Assembly: GCF_009914755.1 (NCBI RefSeq)
Contig: NC_060936.1
Reading direction: 5' to 3' (one strand)
Source of the DNA: the human T2T-CHM13v2.0 reference genome, Homo sapiens
Length of the DNA stretch: 64,000 bases
The notes under the pieces were generated by a model. It searched no databases and was not told the origin of the DNA. It worked only from the letters and a program-made list of their open reading frames with translations. The translations under genes were made by a program, and so were the position numbers. This document shows, piece after piece, positions 56,319 through 64,000 of this stretch. Every line of letters begins with the position of its first letter. The stretch's first letter is position 1.

Positions 56319-56781
56319 CAAGGTGGGCTTCATGGGCAGGCAGCCAGTACAGCTGCATAGAGTCGTGGGCTCAAAAGGTCCAGGACCTTGTTCTGTGGTA
56401 ATTATCTTTAAATTCTTAATAACTGTATCTTTGAATTTGCATTTTGTATATAAAGTCCAATGGGGTAACAGAGCTTGGCTTAGCACTGTGACTCATGTGC
56501 AGTCCTGCCTCCAGCCACCCCCCTCCACTAGGGACAGAAACTGGGTTGCAGAGAGGAAATGGCCATCCCCATCCTGAGCCAGCAGTGAGATGCCACTTTA
56601 GGTGGGTGACTCAGTGGGGTCCTCTTGCCCACCCCCAATTCAGGTACCAAGCGAATCCTGGCAGGATCATTTGTAGGTTGACCATCTGCAGTTTGGGGTA
56701 GAAGGGGAAAGTGACTTTCCTAGCTGGAACCCCCACATTTCATTTTGTTCTTGGCCCTGCAATTTATCGAGCCTGCCCCTG
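56319..56781. mobile_element. hAT-Tip100 element (MER91/Zaphod-like)
   Basis: Ends 'caaggtgggcttcatgggc' and 'cacattttcattttgttcttggccctgcaattta...cctg' resemble MER91 termini. Confidence 0.55.
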
Positions 56782-56954
56782 TCCCTGACTTTGTGAGGGC
56801 AACAAAAATACTACCAAGAGGAGAGAGGTGATTGGTTAGCACATATCATCTTTTAAAGCGTAAAGTCCACTGGGAAACTATTAGCTACTCCAGCTTAGAT
56901 TAATCAAACTGTTGCCTTTGCAACATCACATCCAGATCAGTAACATTAAGTCTT

Positions 56955-59413
<2,459 letters not shown>

Positions 59414-60070
59414 AGATCAGCAACATTAAGTCTTAACGACTAAGGAAAAAGAAACTTTCTTCTAGAGTGGAGCTCAACAAGCATGGAAATAGCACTTTGT
59501 TAAAAGAGCTGGTCTCTTCCTTCCTCTTTCACCCTATGAGATACCATGTGATAGCGTCTTCCTCTGCCCCTTCCTTATTTAATTGGTCCTTCAAAGAAAT
59601 TTATTAAATGCAGACACTGTTCTAGATCCAAGTATACAAGGATGAACTATAGTGAGTGAAACTGATCAGTAAGAATAACAATACCTAATATTTGAGCACT
59701 TCCAGCTAATATTTGCTGCCTAAAGCACCATTGAGAAGGATTCTCATGACTCTTTCAAGATTCCAGGCTCTTTTTTAAGTGCTTTACATATTTAATAATT
59801 TGATTCTTACAACAAGCCCATGAAGGTAAGTTGTAATACTTTCCTATTTCAAGAGATAAGAAAATTGAAACATGTAGAATTTGAGTAACTTGCAAATTCA
59901 TACAGGTACTAAGTGGTAAAGGCTGGTTTCAAACTTAAGTAATTATAACACAGTATGATAAATGCTGAAACAAAGGTTATGGGAATAGTACAAACAAGAA
60001 TTTAATTAAACCAAGTAGTTATGGATAACGTTAACAAATACTTTTAAAAGTCTTTTGTGAACTAGCCTAA

Positions 60071-60387
<317 letters not shown>

Positions 60388-60544
60388 AATTGTCCATTAT
60401 TTTTAACATTATTTGTAAAGAAAAACTCTACCTGTTTCAAAGAAATGAGTATAAAAGAACACTTTACAACCTAACTGCTTATTATAGACTAAGTTCAGTA
60501 GATTTTAGTTTCCTCACCTGAAAAACAAAAGAACTAGAGTAGAT

Positions 60545-60729
60545 CAGGATAGCAAGTACATGACGTTTGTGCGGGCCCTCCCCGTTCCCATAAAAAACAT
60601 CAATAATTTATCATTACACTCTTTAATGCCAAGCTGAACCCAAAGATGTGGGAATTCTCAACATTGCTGTAAACAGCCACTACTAAATTATAAAGTCAGC
60701 ATAGAAATGGAAACCAGGTATTATCCCTG
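60545..60729. mobile_element. MER117-like hAT element nested in a MIR
   Basis: Ends caggatagcaa...tattatccctg; internal 'ttctcaaca...cagccactac'. Confidence 0.6.
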
Positions 60730-62966
60730 AATTAGACAGTCTCTACAGTCCCCATCTGACTCCAAAAATCTATGACTATGTATCCAAAAAAAAAAAAAAA
60801 ATTCTTTAAACCACAGAAAAAGAAATCACTTTTATTTTGTCAGGTGAGTGTAGCAATCATTGCTAGCAAAATATAGACCTCCCATTGTTCACTTTCAAAT
60901 CCTTGGAAATACACAAAGAGAAATTAAACAAAGACACTGCCCCATCTTTAAAATTTTCATAGACTATCTAGATAATAGCTCAAGTTCTCTGCCTTTTAGT
61001 AGAAACATCAAGAGCTATTATATGTGGTTTCCCAGTACATGTAAGTTTAAAACAACAAAGGATGAATGACCAGGGCAAATACGTTGTCCAAATGAAACTA
61101 GTTAACATTATTAAACTGAATTACTATCATGACAATAAATGCGATCATGCCATAAAATCTCACAAAGCCTTATGAGGGTTGAAGAGTTACACCATTTTCT
61201 TTAACACACAGCTTTTACATGGGATTGCACATTCTATGAACACCTTTATAGGAGAAAAAGAAGCATCATACGATTATATCATCAGGCCAGTATTGGTCTT
61301 TTTGAGGTGAGTTTGCCTATACCAGTTTATTAAACAAATGTTTCAGTCAGTGATGCATCTAATAGAGAACTAATTTTTCCTTGAAGCAGGAGTCAGGGGG
61401 AGACTTCCTAGAACTCAACTGCCCTCAGTAGCACTGTGTGAAAGGATTATATTGCATGCTAACCAGCTAGTCAATCCTCTTTAGCTGCTAAATATAATTT
61501 AACACCAAGAATATCAGCCCCATATTGCTATCTGCCTAATCAAACATTTCTGCTTGATTTCTAATTTGTTCAAAATTGAACCTGATCTTTCCCACCATAA
61601 GCTTACTCTTCAAATTTTCTCACTGATTTTAATGGCACTTCCTTTCTCCTCATCACTCTAGCCATTGATGACTCCATCATCACATGTCTGGATAATCAAA
61701 ATGAGCTTAACTGGTCTTCCAATTTTAAATAACTTCCCCCTTCTAATCAATCTTCTTTTTCTAAGACTATAAGAATTTATTCAAAAAGCACTGCTTTTAT
61801 TTTGCTTTCCTCTCTCCCAGAACCAACACTGGCAACACATGAGATCGTATAACAGAAGAAACATTAACTTATTAATCAAGAAGCTTGGGTTCCAGCCCCA
61901 GTTCCTCTACTCAGTAATTTGAGCAACTCAATTTGGTTTCCTTACCTGAAAAGCAAGTCCTGGATTAGAAGAGCTCTGGAATCCCTTCTATTGAAAAACA
62001 ACAAATCTCTTATCCTGGAATTCATGGCCCACCATAATTTAGCTAATCAAACTCATCTACAAGCATCCCCCTAAGCATATACTCCTACTGTCCACTACTG
62101 TTTGCATGCTCCTGAATTATGTTAGTTACCATAGTGCCCTACTAACTAGTTCTTCTTATAAAATGAACTCACCCTCCTTTCTTACCAAAACTATTCTAAA
62201 ACAGAGGGGTTAACAAGGGACTCCTTTCTTCTTTGCCTTTTTCTGATATTTTTAAATCCTCAACAGTCAATACATATTTTGTACGCAGGAAGTGTTCAGA
62301 GAAAATAAACAAACTTTTCAAACCAGAACTACAAAGTAAAATTATCTCAATGCATAAAGCCAACCTAGTAACCCTCAATAATATATCCTATTTTTCTTGC
62401 TAGAGATTATTTGCTGTACACATTTGGATATTAACTTTAAAACTTAACCTGTATAAACTGTGGCTCTAATGTAAAGACTCAATAGTTAATAAACTGATTT
62501 TATTTTGGTTCTTTTAAGTGCATGGTCTAATTTATTAATGGTAAGCTGAAGTGGATACTATATATAGCTAATATGGTTATCAGAAAGTGCTTAATCTTAG
62601 TACATTAACAAACTTACTCCATTTCCTAGAAACCCAATCTGTTTTTCAAACCAAAATGCACTATTTTAGGAGCAGCTGGTTAGTTCCAGTACTACCAATT
62701 CAGTAATCTTATAAGTTAAATTATTTTTGTGAACTGATAGAGAACCCCCAGTTACCATCTACAACACTGCATTAGTAAGAAAGTGGCAAATGATCAAAAA
62801 AGTAACTTGGGGGGAGCCCAAAACATATTTTCCTTTCCCTCAGCCATCATTCAGCTTACAGAAAGAAGAAATGAATGATCCAGAGATATTATCCTATTCT
62901 CCAGAATCTTCAGTGACTTGATTTCAATATAAAACAGGACAAATACTCCAATTTAAGAAAAAAAAT

Positions 62967-63315
<349 letters not shown>

Positions 63316-63739
63316 CTATCAAAAGGTCTGTGCCAAGCCCCGCAACTTAATAACCCACAGTCAAATCTCAGAGCCTCTTATCCTCAGATTCCTTAACAGC
63401 AAAATGGGAAATAATCATAATACCAACCTTGTCTACTGCATAAGATCACTGAGAAGCAAATGATATAATAATGTAAAATGTTTTGAAAACTTCGAAATTC
63501 TTCACAAATATCAATTAAAATATTATGAAGTAATATTCTTAAGTCAAATGCTCACCAATTTTAAGTATTCATCTATTACCAAATAAATTCACCTAGTAGG
63601 AAAACTAAAGTGATGAGGATTAGAAAGGAAAGAATTATCCTCAATAATATCAATTTTCTAAGTCTGGGTTTTTACACATCTTGTTTTTTTTTAAAGTAGG
63701 ACACACAAAACTCTACAGAAACAATTTCAGTGAATTAAG

Positions 63740-63860
63740 TGTCTGAATACCTACACCTTTTCTTAAAGATCTCCAGGGAGAGAAATTCCACAGCTCCCTT
63801 GGTATTTTTCACTCTGGATCTGAACAACTCAAATAAAGTATAAACACGTAGCTTTCATTC
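63740..63860 (-). mobile_element. L3/CR1 3' relic
   Basis: 'aagatctccagggagagaaattccacagctcccttggt' resembles the reverse CR1 3' region. Confidence 0.45.
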
Positions 63861-64000
63861 CTTTCATCTGATATAAAGAAAAGAAAATATGCCCAGTTAG
63901 TTTAAAATGGAATAACTCTAGATAGAAAATTCTATTCTGCAACAAGTTTTATGTCAGGTAAAGACAGAATATCCAATGTATAACAGATCTAAGCTTTTTC

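Overview
AT-rich, CpG-poor primate (most likely human) genomic DNA with no CpG island and no protein-coding exon I can recognise. Much of it is interspersed repeat: about 20 Alu/FLAM elements, L1s of several ages, MIR/L2/L3 relics, solo LTRs (LTR1, THE1C, MSTA, MST/MLT1A, MLT2, LTR16-like, MER61-like) and hAT/Tigger DNA-transposon fossils, many with readable target-site duplications (TSDs). The long ORFs at 57.1-59.4 kb are broken L1 ORF2; most other ORFs are Alu/LTR read-through or chance. An apparent A-over-T excess on the + strand (judged by eye, not counted) suggests a large intron of a minus-strand gene, which I cannot identify. The best-supported points of interest are two 5'-inverted (twin-primed) L1 insertions of very different age, two candidate ultra-short retrotransposition scars, a perfect 59-bp tandem duplication, a duplicated 14-bp palindrome, a three-armed Alu, and several speculative cassette/poison exons. 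I found no evidence of a wholly new biological system. Repeat subfamily names come from recalled consensus sequences and need RepeatMasker/Dfam confirmation.
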